In this document: positions 36,501 to 45,884 of the stretch, in pieces | Layout: the number at the start of each line of letters is the position of its first letter | Position numbering within the stretch: position 1 is the stretch's first letter | DNA from: a virus | Lineage: Duplodnaviria > Caudoviricetes | Reading direction: 5' to 3' (one strand) | IMG/VR virus record: IMGVR_UViG_3300024331_000182 | Coordinates: 1 to 59,717 of that record | DNA length: 59,717 bases | Program-made: the position numbers and the translations under genes | The notes under the pieces: model-generated | Told to the model about the DNA's origin: nothing | Databases searched by the model: none | What the model saw: only the letters and a program-made list of their open reading frames with translations

Positions 36501-37760
36501 CTACGAGCTGGCGCCGACGTAGACCTTGATGGCACCGGTCCGGTCGACCAGGGTGCCGTCGCCGCGCAGGATCGCACGGAACGTAACCAAGTCGCTACCG
36601 AACGCGAAGTCATCCGACCTCTCGAACCGGACGCCGCCCACCAGGCGGACGAAGTACTGCGAAAAATCACCAAAGGCGATCGACTTCGCAGAGGTGGCCT
36701 GGGCGGGCATGAACGGGTCCGCGACCAGCGGCTTCCCGAGCAGGAGGTCCGGGCTCCCGAGCACGGCCGAGGGCTCCCATATGGGTCTGCCCACGGTGTC
36801 CGTGATCTTGCGGAAACCTCCGATGGTCTTGTCCGCTGCCAGCCAGTAGCAGCTTCGTGACTGTCGATAGGGAGCGATGACGCTGTATTCGAGGTCTACG
36901 AGGTTGGCGTAGCTTGGTGCGCCGGAAACACCCGTAACCGCACCAGTGACACCCGTGGTGGCGGTGGTAACGATACCAGACGGCTGGTTGGTGCCGGTGC
37001 CGTTCACCAGGTCGTTGCCGAAGGCGTTGCCGAGCGCGCGGCCGGCCTGCATGGCGAGGTAGCCGAGCAGGTCGACAGCCGTGTCATCGATCAGCTCGCG
37101 GGCGACCTGGAGCATGACGCCGTACTTCCACGCGGAAAGCGGCTGCATGTTGAAGGCCGGGTCCGAGGTCGGGAGCGAGCCCGCCTGCGCTGCCGAGGCC
37201 GCCGTCGAGTGCGCGGTCGTCTTCGGCACCTGGAGCGTCTCGCCGCCGCCCGTGTTCAGGACGGTGGGACCGCACTGCATGACACCGCTCACTTCGATCA
37301 GGTGTGCGATGAGCATGTCGTAAAAGTCCGTGGGTACGATACTACTTGCGTTTGTACCCTGCGCACCTGTGGTAAGTACCCGGTAGTTGACCGGGCCGAG
37401 AGCCGGGTCGCGGCGGACTTCCAGCGAACGGCCGGCGCCCTCCTCGCCCCTGGCCCACTTGCGGACCTCTTCCAGCATCTTGGCCCCGCCGGCGGTGCGC
37501 TGGGCCTGCCCCTGCTCGGGCTTGCGGCCGGAGAGGTTGTCGAACGCCTCGTCCGCTTCCTTCTGCCGCTTCTCCGTGTCCAGGACCGCGCGGATGCGCG
37601 TGTCCAGCTTGCCCATCTCCTCCTGGAGGGCGTCCCAGCGGCCCTGCTCCTCGTCGGTCAGGGCGCGGTTCTCCTCGGCCGCCGTCTCGGCGATGCCCTT
37701 GGCGTCGTTCCAGACGTTCATCCGCCGGTCGCGGAGCCGCTTTGCCACTTCTGATGCCAT
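36501..37760 (-). CDS. Major capsid protein, HK97 family
   Basis: N-terminal coiled-coil delta domain; ELIDD, NGTGTNQPSGI, GRPIW, LLGKP, IAFGDFSQY, FRAILRGDG. Confidence 0.95.
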   Translation of the reverse strand: MASEVAKRLRDRRMNVWNDAKGIAETAAEENRALTDEEQGRWDALQEEMGKLDTRIRAVLDTEKRQKEADEAFDNLSGRKPEQGQAQRTAGGAKMLEEVRKWARGEEGAGRSLEVRRDPALGPVNYRVLTTGAQGTNASSIVPTDFYDMLIAHLIEVSGVMQCGPTVLNTGGGETLQVPKTTAHSTAASAAQAGSLPTSDPAFNMQPLSAWKYGVMLQVARELIDDTAVDLLGYLAMQAGRALGNAFGNDLVNGTGTNQPSGIVTTATTGVTGAVTGVSGAPSYANLVDLEYSVIAPYRQSRSCYWLAADKTIGGFRKITDTVGRPIWEPSAVLGSPDLLLGKPLVADPFMPAQATSAKSIAFGDFSQYFVRLVGGVRFERSDDFAFGSDLVTFRAILRGDGTLVDRTGAIKVYVGASS

Positions 37761-37788
37761 GATCTTCTCCGTTTCTGTGATGGCATCG

Positions 37789-37833
37789 GCACCGGCTCCG
37801 TCCGTTCACCCGGGGGTGGCTACGGCCACGGCA
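37789..37833 (-). promoter_or_regulatory. Capsid leader hairpin with two AGC/NGG loops
   Basis: TGCCG TGG CCGT AGC CACC-CCCG-GGTG AA CGG ACGG AGC CGGTG. Confidence 0.55.
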
Positions 37834-37863
37834 AGATTTTCTATTTTCTGAGCGGACCTGCTG

Positions 37864-38874
37864 CTACTCCTCGTCCGCGTAAGGGTCAGCCATGTTGTTC
37901 TGGAGGGCCAGGAGGGCCTGCGCGCCGGTCATGGCGAGACGCGGCCTAGGCCGGCTGGCGGGTTGCGGGGCCTTCCGCTGGCCGGTGTTGTCAGTGCGCT
38001 TGAAGAACTCCACCCCGCGCCCGTTCTGGAGCATCGAGCGGACCTCCTCGGGGTCGCCCTGCACCCAGTTGGCCAGCGATTCGACCGCGCCGTTGAGCGC
38101 CCGCGCGCCGGACGTCGCATCCGGGTACGCGGGGTCCAGGACCGGCGCCACGTCCACGAGTTGGACGTCGAGCAAGGTGCGCATGGGGTAGTTGAACTCG
38201 GACAGGCCCCACTCGTCGCCGCCGGGGTAGACCCTGAAAGCGAACGAGCTGTGCCGGACGTCGCCGCGCTCCACGTACTCCAGCACGTCGGCCCGCGCCT
38301 GCGGGGGCTGGACCTCGTAGACCAGGCCGGTCTCGTCGGTGGCCAGGCGCAGCGTCCGGGCGTGCGTGGTACCCAGGAGCCAGTCGTCCTTGTGGTTGTA
38401 CCGGCACACGACGTCGGGCCAGCCGTCCGTCTTGGACGTGGTGAAGGCCGACCGCGCCACCTGCTCCACGAACCCGCCCAGCTTGCGGCTCAGCCGGTCG
38501 TAGCACGCGGCATACCCGTAGATCATCGTCGGGCCGTGGTCCTGGGTCCGCAGCTCCGGCGGGAACCGGGTGAACCGGCGCTCCGGGAACCCGGACGTGT
38601 CGACATCCAGCCCGAGCGCGGCCCGCTGGTCGCCGGAGACGTTGACCCCGAACTTGCGCGCGGCGGCCAGGATCTTCGGCATCGCGTTCTTGCCGAACGG
38701 GCTCTGCGGTGCCCTGGCCAGGGCGTTCTGGGTGTGCTCCCGGTCGTGGACGGGAAAGTGCCGCTTGCCCCTGGGGGTCGTCTTCCCCGTCTGGTCCTTG
38801 GTGCCGCCAGGCTCGATATAGGCAAAAGCCGAATCGGGCAGGTCATTGATGGCGGCAGTGGTTAGTTCAGCCAT
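37864..38874 (-). CDS. HK97-type prohead protease with N-terminal DUF6582-like domain
   Basis: GYAACY, GGFVEQV, YNH, D.TGL.YEV, SSFAF, LVDVAPV..PAY; N-terminal NDLPDSAFA...FPVHD..H..NALAR. Confidence 0.9.
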   Translation of the reverse strand: MAELTTAAINDLPDSAFAYIEPGGTKDQTGKTTPRGKRHFPVHDREHTQNALARAPQSPFGKNAMPKILAAARKFGVNVSGDQRAALGLDVDTSGFPERRFTRFPPELRTQDHGPTMIYGYAACYDRLSRKLGGFVEQVARSAFTTSKTDGWPDVVCRYNHKDDWLLGTTHARTLRLATDETGLVYEVQPPQARADVLEYVERGDVRHSSFAFRVYPGGDEWGLSEFNYPMRTLLDVQLVDVAPVLDPAYPDATSGARALNGAVESLANWVQGDPEEVRSMLQNGRGVEFFKRTDNTGQRKAPQPASRPRPRLAMTGAQALLALQNNMADPYADEE

Positions 38875-38904
38875 CCCTATTTGCCTTCCTTTGCTGCTGA
38901 CCCA

Positions 38905-40557
38905 TCAGTGATCAGCCCCTGTCCTGCCATTGACACCGTTCAGCAGCAGCGTCCTGGGCGCCGGTATCCACGCGCCCACGAATTCGGGCTCGCCGTCCAG
39001 GCCGTTACCGACGCGGCCCCACGAGCCGTGACGCTGGTTCTTGCCTGGCGCGAACCGTCCGTACTCCCTGGCGAGATCCTGGACGAGGTGCTCGGGAAGC
39101 ATGATGCCGAGCCGCCCGAAAGCCTCAGCTATATCACGGACATCACGCAGGTCAGCAGCCCCGCGCCAGCCGTTACCGCCTCGTTGCTGTCCGATGACCT
39201 GGCTGAGTTCCTTGGCCGGGGTGGTCGCCACCGGGGGAACGCCCGGCATGTCCGGCATCGCCAGGCCCTCATGCTGCATCTTCTCCAGCCGGTCGGCAGC
39301 CAGGTCCATCTCCAGGGTGATGGAGTCCAGCATCGAGTTCGGGATGCCACGGATGCTCCGGGACATCGCGACCATGACCTCCAGCGGGATGTTCTCCCCG
39401 CCGGCCTTGCCCGGCAGCGGCGGCAGGTCTTCCAGGTCGCGCAGCTCATCGGTGGTGCGAAGGCCGATGGCGCGCTGCTGGGCGTAGATCTCGGTCCGGG
39501 TCTTGAGATCGGTCTTGAGCATCGCGTCGCTGTCGAACCGGACGTACCGGTTGGCGGGCAGGATGTTGAAGAAGGCGTGCTCCAGCCGGACCAGCCACGG
39601 CCGCATCGCCTCGATGATCTGGAGGGTGGACTGCTCCACGTTCGAGTACGTCAGGCTGTCGCCCCTGGTGCCCCCGATCCGCTCAGCCGGGAGACCGAGG
39701 ATGGCCGCCACCTGGCTCGCGTTCATCCTGATCGCATCAATAAATTGCGCCTCAGAAGGCGGAACTGTTACCGGTTTGTAATCCCAGTCACGCCCGTACA
39801 CCAGAGGCTCGCGCCGGCGGATGGTCGCGGTGAGCATCGAGCGGATCTCCTCGGCCTGGTCCGAGTCGATCTCTATCTCGCTGTTCTGGAACGTCCCGGG
39901 CGGGAACCCGCCGCTCTTGTACCAGTCGGTGCCGTACCGGGCGGCTTCGAGCCCGCTCAGGATGGTGAGGGCGAACGCGCGCAGCAGCGAGATCCCCTCG
40001 GTGCGCCCGGCGAGGCTGAACGCCTTGACGTGGAACAGCTCGCGGCGCCAGTCCTCCATCAGGCGGCCGTAGACGTACACCCGGGTCCGCATCGGGTTCC
40101 ACGGCTGCATCTCGTCATCGACGCAGTTGACGTCCTCCGGCGGAATCCACTCGATCCCGGTGGGGTAGCCGTAGCCGTCGCGGCCGGTGATGAAGCCCCA
40201 GGCGTTGCCCTGGAGGACCAGGCTGGTCATCATCGTGAACAGCCAGTCGAACAAGGTGCCGTCCACGGACGGCATGTCGAAAATGGACGGGCCATGCCAC
40301 CGGACGGGGGCGGCGTCCGCGTTCGGCCGCGTGTAGATCTTGAGCGGCAGCGCGGCTACGGAGTCGGCCAGCAGCCGGGCGCCGGAGTACAGCGCGGGCA
40401 GGCCCAGCGCCTCGTCCTGGCCGTAGAACGCGCGGGTGGGGTGGATAGGCCCGCCCGTGGAGAACTTCCAGAAAGGATTTTCCCAGGGACGCCAGGGGAC
40501 GCCGCCGATGACGCGCTGCTCGGAACGGCTGGCCTGGATGCGCTCAACTAGCCCCAC
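38905..40557 (-). CDS. Portal protein, HK97 family
   Basis: GTG 40557; LADSVAALPL, LVLQGNAW, G.S.L, EAQFI, YSNVEQ, T.DE.R.LEDLPP; long C-terminal tail. Confidence 0.92.
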   Translation of the reverse strand: MGLVERIQASRSEQRVIGGVPWRPWENPFWKFSTGGPIHPTRAFYGQDEALGLPALYSGARLLADSVAALPLKIYTRPNADAAPVRWHGPSIFDMPSVDGTLFDWLFTMMTSLVLQGNAWGFITGRDGYGYPTGIEWIPPEDVNCVDDEMQPWNPMRTRVYVYGRLMEDWRRELFHVKAFSLAGRTEGISLLRAFALTILSGLEAARYGTDWYKSGGFPPGTFQNSEIEIDSDQAEEIRSMLTATIRRREPLVYGRDWDYKPVTVPPSEAQFIDAIRMNASQVAAILGLPAERIGGTRGDSLTYSNVEQSTLQIIEAMRPWLVRLEHAFFNILPANRYVRFDSDAMLKTDLKTRTEIYAQQRAIGLRTTDELRDLEDLPPLPGKAGGENIPLEVMVAMSRSIRGIPNSMLDSITLEMDLAADRLEKMQHEGLAMPDMPGVPPVATTPAKELSQVIGQQRGGNGWRGAADLRDVRDIAEAFGRLGIMLPEHLVQDLAREYGRFAPGKNQRHGSWGRVGNGLDGEPEFVGAWIPAPRTLLLNGVNGRTGADH

Positions 40558-40594
40558 AGGGCCGGGACTCCCTCGCGGATCGGGTCGGGGGAAA

Positions 40595-40626
40595 ACCCGG
40601 CTCCGCGCGGGGCGGCCTAAACGGGC
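40595..40626 (-). promoter_or_regulatory. Portal leader AGC/NGG hairpin
   Basis: GCCCG TTT AGG CCGC CCCGC GCGG AGC CGGGT. Confidence 0.5.
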
Positions 40627-40700
40627 AGTGGCTAGCAACAGATTACGCCACGTCAGGGTGATAAAGCGATCACCAGTCGTGCGGTGCTGTCCCGGGAGCC

Positions 40701-41444
40701 TCAGACGGCGGCCTGGGCCGGGTCGCTCCGGGCATAGTAGTCCAGGGTGATCTCCGGCACGTAGGTCCAGGAGGCCCCGGCTTCCAGCCACCGGTCTACC
40801 AGGTGCCAGTCGGCGGGGCGGCCGGACGGCTCCCAGTTCGCGGTCTCCAGCAGCCCGGCCCGGTGCACGATCAGCGACGTGTCGATCTGCCCGAACACGG
40901 GCCGGGGGCAGCCGATCTCCCAGGTCTTGCCGATCGTGCCGTTCCGGCACAGTGCCCGGCTGTAGGCGAAGGACACGCCCTCGCGCGTGATCGCGTCCGC
41001 GAGCAGCCGCAGGTGCCCGGGGCGCCAGGCGTTGTCGTCGTCCAGGTAGGCGATCAGGTCCCCGGTGGCCAGCCGGGTCCCGGCCATCCTGGCCCAGATG
41101 CCCCGGTTCGGCGCGATCCGGTGCTCTGGCAGGAAGGTGACGCCGGGCAGGTGATCCAGGGCCGGGTCGGGGCCGTCGCTGACGATGACGTGCTCCACCT
41201 CGCCGTCGTAGTCCTGCGCGGCCACGGACGGGATGCACCGGGACAGCAGCAGCCGGGCGCGCTGCCAGGTGGGTGTGATGACGCTGATCTTCGGCTTGCG
41301 GCCCAGCACGGCGGCGGTGAACGCGCGGGCAGCTCGTACAGCGGCACGGACCATATGGAAGTGCATCAGCACGGCAGCGCGGGCGATGTGCGGGTGCACG
41401 GCCACGGCCGCAATTGCGAGGTGGGCGTGCACCGCTGCCGACAC
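40701..41444 (-). CDS. Glycosyltransferase family 2 (paralogue of 26386..27003; start uncertain)
   Basis: ISVITPTWQR, RCIPSV, VSDGPD, IAYLDDDN, DW.LV. Confidence 0.85.
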   Translation of the reverse strand: MSAAVHAHLAIAAVAVHPHIARAAVLMHFHMVRAAVRAARAFTAAVLGRKPKISVITPTWQRARLLLSRCIPSVAAQDYDGEVEHVIVSDGPDPALDHLPGVTFLPEHRIAPNRGIWARMAGTRLATGDLIAYLDDDNAWRPGHLRLLADAITREGVSFAYSRALCRNGTIGKTWEIGCPRPVFGQIDTSLIVHRAGLLETANWEPSGRPADWHLVDRWLEAGASWTYVPEITLDYYARSDPAQAAV

Positions 41445-41562
41445 GAGTCCTCCAGGCCAGAAGCACCAGGTTTAACCATGTCTCACCGCGACCGGAGGGA
41501 TTAAGGGGAACCTGCCCGCAGGCAATCCCCGCCTGGCGACCTCACGCTAAGCGTACAGGATC

Positions 41563-42003
41563 TCAGCCGTCCAGCCAGGAGTGGCGGACCACCTGGAGCG
41601 GCTCGGCCGCCGCCTCGGTCCGCACAAGATCGTGATACTCCTCCGGATGCCTGCGGGCCAGCTCGGCCATGGCCCGGAGCTGCGGCGGCCACCGCCGTCC
41701 CTCACATCCCGGGGAGGGCTCGGCCCAGGACTTGAGGGCGGTCCACAGGGCCTTCTCCTCGGTCTGGCCCCGGATCAGGTTCGTCCCCGGGCCACCCATC
41801 CTGGCCCGGACCGTGACCTCCGGCGGGCCGGCCACGGTGACCGCGTACGGGGAGCTGAACGTATGGACGTTCTGGACGCCGCGTTCCATGGTCACGTCCA
41901 CGTCCATTACGTCGCCGGAGACAGCCAGGCCGTCATCCTGGCCGCCGCCCAGGGTGCCTACGTAAAGCAGCCAGCCGTACCGGAAGCTGATCCTGGACAT
42001 CAA
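41563..42003 (-). CDS. Hypothetical protein
   Basis: Coupled to the upstream ORF. Confidence 0.45.
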   Translation of the reverse strand: MMSRISFRYGWLLYVGTLGGGQDDGLAVSGDVMDVDVTMERGVQNVHTFSSPYAVTVAGPPEVTVRARMGGPGTNLIRGQTEEKALWTALKSWAEPSPGCEGRRWPPQLRAMAELARRHPEEYHDLVRTEAAAEPLQVVRHSWLDG

Positions 42004-42272
42004 CGGGCCGGTGGCTTCTGTTCCTCCGGGGTGCCCTTCGGCGGGAGCCCGGCGCCGCTGCGGAACCCGAAGATGACCGCCTCGGCCAGGTAGGCGCCTG
42101 TCAGCCAGAGCCGTCCGCCAGTCCAGCCGAGGACGACCAGGCTGCGGCCGGCCAGCCAGCCCAGGGCGGCGAACAGGGCTCCGGTGGCGGCGGCGAGCGC
42201 GTAGCCGGGGCGGAAGGAACGGCTGGCGGCCCGCTCGCGCAGCTCATCAACGGGAAGCTCGGCAGTGGTCAT
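42000..42272 (-). CDS. Small membrane protein
   Basis: Hydrophobic central helices. Confidence 0.55.
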   Translation of the reverse strand: MTTAELPVDELRERAASRSFRPGYALAAATGALFAALGWLAGRSLVVLGWTGGRLWLTGAYLAEAVIFGFRSGAGLPPKGTPEEQKPPAR

Positions 42273-43138
42273 GAATCTGAGGATAGACCGTGGGGTAACC
42301 CGGGCGCAGCGACCTATGAGCAGATAGAACCGGTCCGCCCTCCCGGCGAGACCCGCCCGAAGGGCCGCCCACCATCACAGAGCTGCGACCGGATGCTGCT
42401 GGCGCCGGGAGGACGTCATCGCCTTCGCGAAAGGCCGGTCGACCGAGGCTCCAGCGTATCGTGGGTGCCGTGCGCGCGGACCAGTGGACCCCGGTGATCA
42501 TCACCCTGGAATGCGGGCACCAGGTCGACTGGCGCGGCCCGATGCAGACACCCAGCGCGGCCTTCGCCCAGGTCTGCTATGACTGCCCCCTGGACAAGCG
42601 CGGCGTGCACCCGTGGCGGATGGTAACGCGCATGGACGGCTACCCGTCCCGGCCGGGAACGCGCACGGACCGCCCGGTTCAGGGCGGTCCGTCAGAGCCC
42701 GGCCGGTGAGCGCGGGCGCGGTCCCGGGCTTATCACGAGGTACCCCGGGACGTCCTCGCTCCTGAGAGTAACCCGTTTCCACCCGCTCTCCACACAATCT
42801 GCACAAGGGGATGTGAGTATCGCTTGCTCCGGCCAGTGCGGCCCAGGGGGAGCCCGGATTCCTGGCAGTGGGCTATCCCGGCCAGGGGAGGGGCCGCACT
42901 GGCCCGGTGCCGGGGGCAACCCCCGGGATACGAACCCGGACGCCGCTCTGCTGGCGGGCAGCTTGCCGGGCTCGGCCGCTCTCCGGCGGCACCTGGCGCC
43001 ATCCGGTCCCGGTTCGCATCCGCTTCGCTAGTCATTACCTCGCGGTCTGCGCGCTTACATGCCCAGGCCTCCCTGGGTTTCGGCGCCTCACGTGCGTGCC
43101 CAGCACGGAAGTCGCCCAGCCAGGCCAGGTTACCCCGT

Positions 43139-44995
43139 TCAGGCTCCTGACATCCAGTTCGCGCCCTGCCTGCGGGACGGGCCGGCAACCGACTTCACCG
43201 GGTCGTAGTTCCGGCGCCGCGCGTCCATGGCCCACAGGGCGTTGGTCGCGCTGGTGATCGGGGTAATGTCGGATTCGCTGTCGCGGCGGGACCAGGCTTT
43301 CCCGCCGTCGCCGACGTCGCGGGTCTCGGCCGAGGCGACCGACGACCACAGCCCCGGGGCCTGCTGGCGGCCGAGGTGGATCAGGCCGCCGTTCCGGCCC
43401 CTGCGCACGGTGGTGACCATGAGGCTGAACGCGGCGGCCTCCTCGGCGCTGGACATCCAGGTGATATCCAGGCCCACGGCCGCCGCCTCGCCCGCCAGGC
43501 CGGACGCCGGGCCGTTCTTGGGCGCGACGATGACCAGCGGGCGCCAGGCGCGGCGCAGTTCCGCCAGGCGGGGGATGACCCAGCTCGTGCCCTCCCGCGA
43601 GCAGCCGCGCGGGATCTCCACTACCGGCCTCGGCAGCTCCAGCAGGACTTCGCGGCCGAGGCCGGCCTTGGCCAGCTTGCGGGCGTCGTCGTCCCACACG
43701 GCCGGCCTGATCCAGCAGGACGCGATCGTCGCGGAGATCATGTCCGGGTCGACGTCGAACGCGAAGCACACGGGCCGGGTGGCGCCGCCGGGCTCGGGCA
43801 TGGCGCACGCCTGCCAGTGCTCCTCGGACACCACAGCCCAGGCCTCGTCCTCGGACGGCCACTCCCCGACGCCCAGCACCTCGCGGTCGAAAGCCGTCAT
43901 GGACATCGCGGCCATCTCCTGGGCCACATGCTGGACGCTGATCCGCCTGCCGAGCGCGGGGTTGGCCTTGGCCCAGGAACGCGGATCGTCCCGGTCGTCG
44001 TGCCGGGTGCAGGTGACGTACCGGTTGGTCTTGCGGCCCTTCACCTCGTCCCGGGGGCACATGTCGTTGTGCGGGCTGATCGACCACTCGGCGCCCATGA
44101 CGAGCGGGTCCTTGCGCAGGACGCGGCGGCGGACGGCGCCGAGCTGCACCGAGTCCTGGAGTCCCGCGCTGGCGGTGTAGATCACCTGCGGGTTGGCCAC
44201 GGCCGACAGGGTGGGCAGCGACGCGCCGACCACCTCGTCGGACAGGATCATGGCCTCGTCGTACACCACCAGGTCGGCGGTGAATGACCGGCCCGACCCC
44301 CGGGACCTGGCCAGGAACCGGAGCCGGGCGGCGACGCTGCGGCTGATCCTGCGGCCTTCCGAGCCGAAGATCAGGGTCGGGGTCGGCTTGAGTTCGATAG
44401 CCTCGTCACCGTGAGACGTGGTGACCGATTTAACCCGGCGCCGGAGATCGTCGTAATTGACAACGACATCCCTTACCCGGCGGAAATGTTCGGCCGCCGC
44501 TTTAAATTCATGGGCGGTATGAATTATCATGCGGTCACCGAGAATGAAAAGGCCGCCGAGTTCCCGGACTTCCAGGATCTGGTTTTTTCCATTCTGGCGG
44601 CTTACCATGAGGTAATTCTCGAATGCGGACCAGCGCCCGTCCGGCTTTATCCCGCACGATTCTCTCAGCCACCAGGACTGCCATTCGTCCAGCAGGTAGC
44701 CGTACTCCTCCGCGAACTCCAGCAGCTCCGAGGAGGCATAATCCCCGCAGCCGAGACCGGGATACCCGTCCGGGTGGGTGCACACCGGGCACTGCGGGTC
44801 CTTGACCCGGTGCCTCGGCGGGGAGGTCCAGAACCGGGGGGCCTGCTGGCCGTACAGCTTCCCGCCGCCCGGCGACCCGCCGCGCACCACCGTGCCATCC
44901 GGCAGCCAGACGTCGGGAATGACGGTGAGCGGCGGCTGGGGCATGCCGGAACCGGGGCCTTTCGAGCGGGGGAAGAAGGCTCCCGGCTCCGGCAT
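43139..44995 (-). CDS. terL: Terminase large subunit
   Basis: WQ adenine motif, SRQNGK Walker A, HTAHEF, LVVYDEA Walker B, YTASAG, W.KANPALG, FAFDVD. Confidence 0.93.
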   Translation of the reverse strand: MPEPGAFFPRSKGPGSGMPQPPLTVIPDVWLPDGTVVRGGSPGGGKLYGQQAPRFWTSPPRHRVKDPQCPVCTHPDGYPGLGCGDYASSELLEFAEEYGYLLDEWQSWWLRESCGIKPDGRWSAFENYLMVSRQNGKNQILEVRELGGLFILGDRMIIHTAHEFKAAAEHFRRVRDVVVNYDDLRRRVKSVTTSHGDEAIELKPTPTLIFGSEGRRISRSVAARLRFLARSRGSGRSFTADLVVYDEAMILSDEVVGASLPTLSAVANPQVIYTASAGLQDSVQLGAVRRRVLRKDPLVMGAEWSISPHNDMCPRDEVKGRKTNRYVTCTRHDDRDDPRSWAKANPALGRRISVQHVAQEMAAMSMTAFDREVLGVGEWPSEDEAWAVVSEEHWQACAMPEPGGATRPVCFAFDVDPDMISATIASCWIRPAVWDDDARKLAKAGLGREVLLELPRPVVEIPRGCSREGTSWVIPRLAELRRAWRPLVIVAPKNGPASGLAGEAAAVGLDITWMSSAEEAAAFSLMVTTVRRGRNGGLIHLGRQQAPGLWSSVASAETRDVGDGGKAWSRRDSESDITPITSATNALWAMDARRRNYDPVKSVAGPSRRQGANWMSGA

Positions 44996-45009
44996 GCCGG
45001 CCTCGGGTG

Positions 45010-45273
45010 TCAGGCCATCGTATTACCTGACCAGCCGAACGTGCAGGCCCGGCACAGGTGCTTCCCGCCGTGGCCGGGCGCGGCCGAGCAGGTGTGCTCG
45101 CCATTCTTCTCCGGGCAGGTCTTCGCCATCGCCCGGCGCTTCTCCAGCACGAAAACCAGGTCACGCAGGTCATGCTCGCTCAGGGAGCTGATCACCCACG
45201 GGTTATGCCAGGGCCGGGTGAGCACCAGATCGTGCTCGCCGTCCACAGCGCTGTCGCGGACATCGACGTCCAT
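45010..45273 (-). CDS. Hypothetical protein with Cys/His motif
   Basis: HTC....GH.G.HLC..C; TGATG coupling. Confidence 0.5.
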   Translation of the reverse strand: MDVDVRDSAVDGEHDLVLTRPWHNPWVISSLSEHDLRDLVFVLEKRRAMAKTCPEKNGEHTCSAAPGHGGKHLCRACTFGWSGNTMA

Positions 45274-45491
45274 CAGCCGTTCCCGCTGACTACCGGGACC
45301 GGTGCTGCCTGAGCCGGCTCGTACGGGGGCATCGTCGGCGGGGGAACGGTGCGGGTCACGACGGTCACCGGATGCGTGCCCCCGGAAGCGGTGGTGCTGC
45401 CCATGATGAACCCGATGCCGAGCCCGAAGGCGAGGGCGGCCAGGGCGGCGAGCAGGGGGCTCCAGTGACGGCGGCGGGGGCTGTCCTGCAC
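45273..45491 (-). CDS. Small single-pass membrane protein
   Basis: One hydrophobic helix followed by a P/T-rich tail. Confidence 0.5.
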   Translation of the reverse strand: MQDSPRRRHWSPLLAALAALAFGLGIGFIMGSTTASGGTHPVTVVTRTVPPPTMPPYEPAQAAPVPVVSGNG

Positions 45492-45494
45492 GGC

Positions 45495-45884
45495 CTACTC
45501 CCCCGCGTCGGCGGCGGCCAGGCGGCGCTGCCTCTTGGCGGCCAGCTCGTCGGTCTTGTCGCCCTTCCGCTCACCCGGGGCCAGCTCGCGCAGCACCGTG
45601 AGGCCCTGACGGATCTCGCGGGCGTGGGAGGCGGCGTCGCGGCCGGCGACGAATCCCCGGTCGAGATCCTGGGCCAGGCCGATGAGATTCGCGGCGATAC
45701 CGCCCTCGCGCAAGTCATCCGGGAGCAGCCGGAGATCCCGGCGGACGCCCTTCTCCCGTGGCCCGATGGGCGGCCTGCGGGTCCGTGGCGGCGGGGGAGG
45801 TGCCGGTTCACGTCGCGGGGCCGGGGCCGGGTCCAGCAGGTCCAGCGCGCTCGGGGCCGTCTCCGGTGCTGTCTTGCGGGGCAT
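45495..45884 (-). CDS. terS: Terminase small subunit (putative)
   Basis: LA..LD...A...RE.R..L..L...DKTDELAAKRQRR upstream of terL; GAGGAG RBS. Confidence 0.65.
   Translation of the reverse strand: MPRKTAPETAPSALDLLDPAPAPRREPAPPPPPRTRRPPIGPREKGVRRDLRLLPDDLREGGIAANLIGLAQDLDRGFVAGRDAASHAREIRQGLTVLRELAPGERKGDKTDELAAKRQRRLAAADAGE

Noticed and set aside
40558-41466. N-terminal 300 aa of the 853-aa portal ORF
   Set aside because: Overlaps the GT2 gene in another frame; portal-like sequence starts at GTG 40557.
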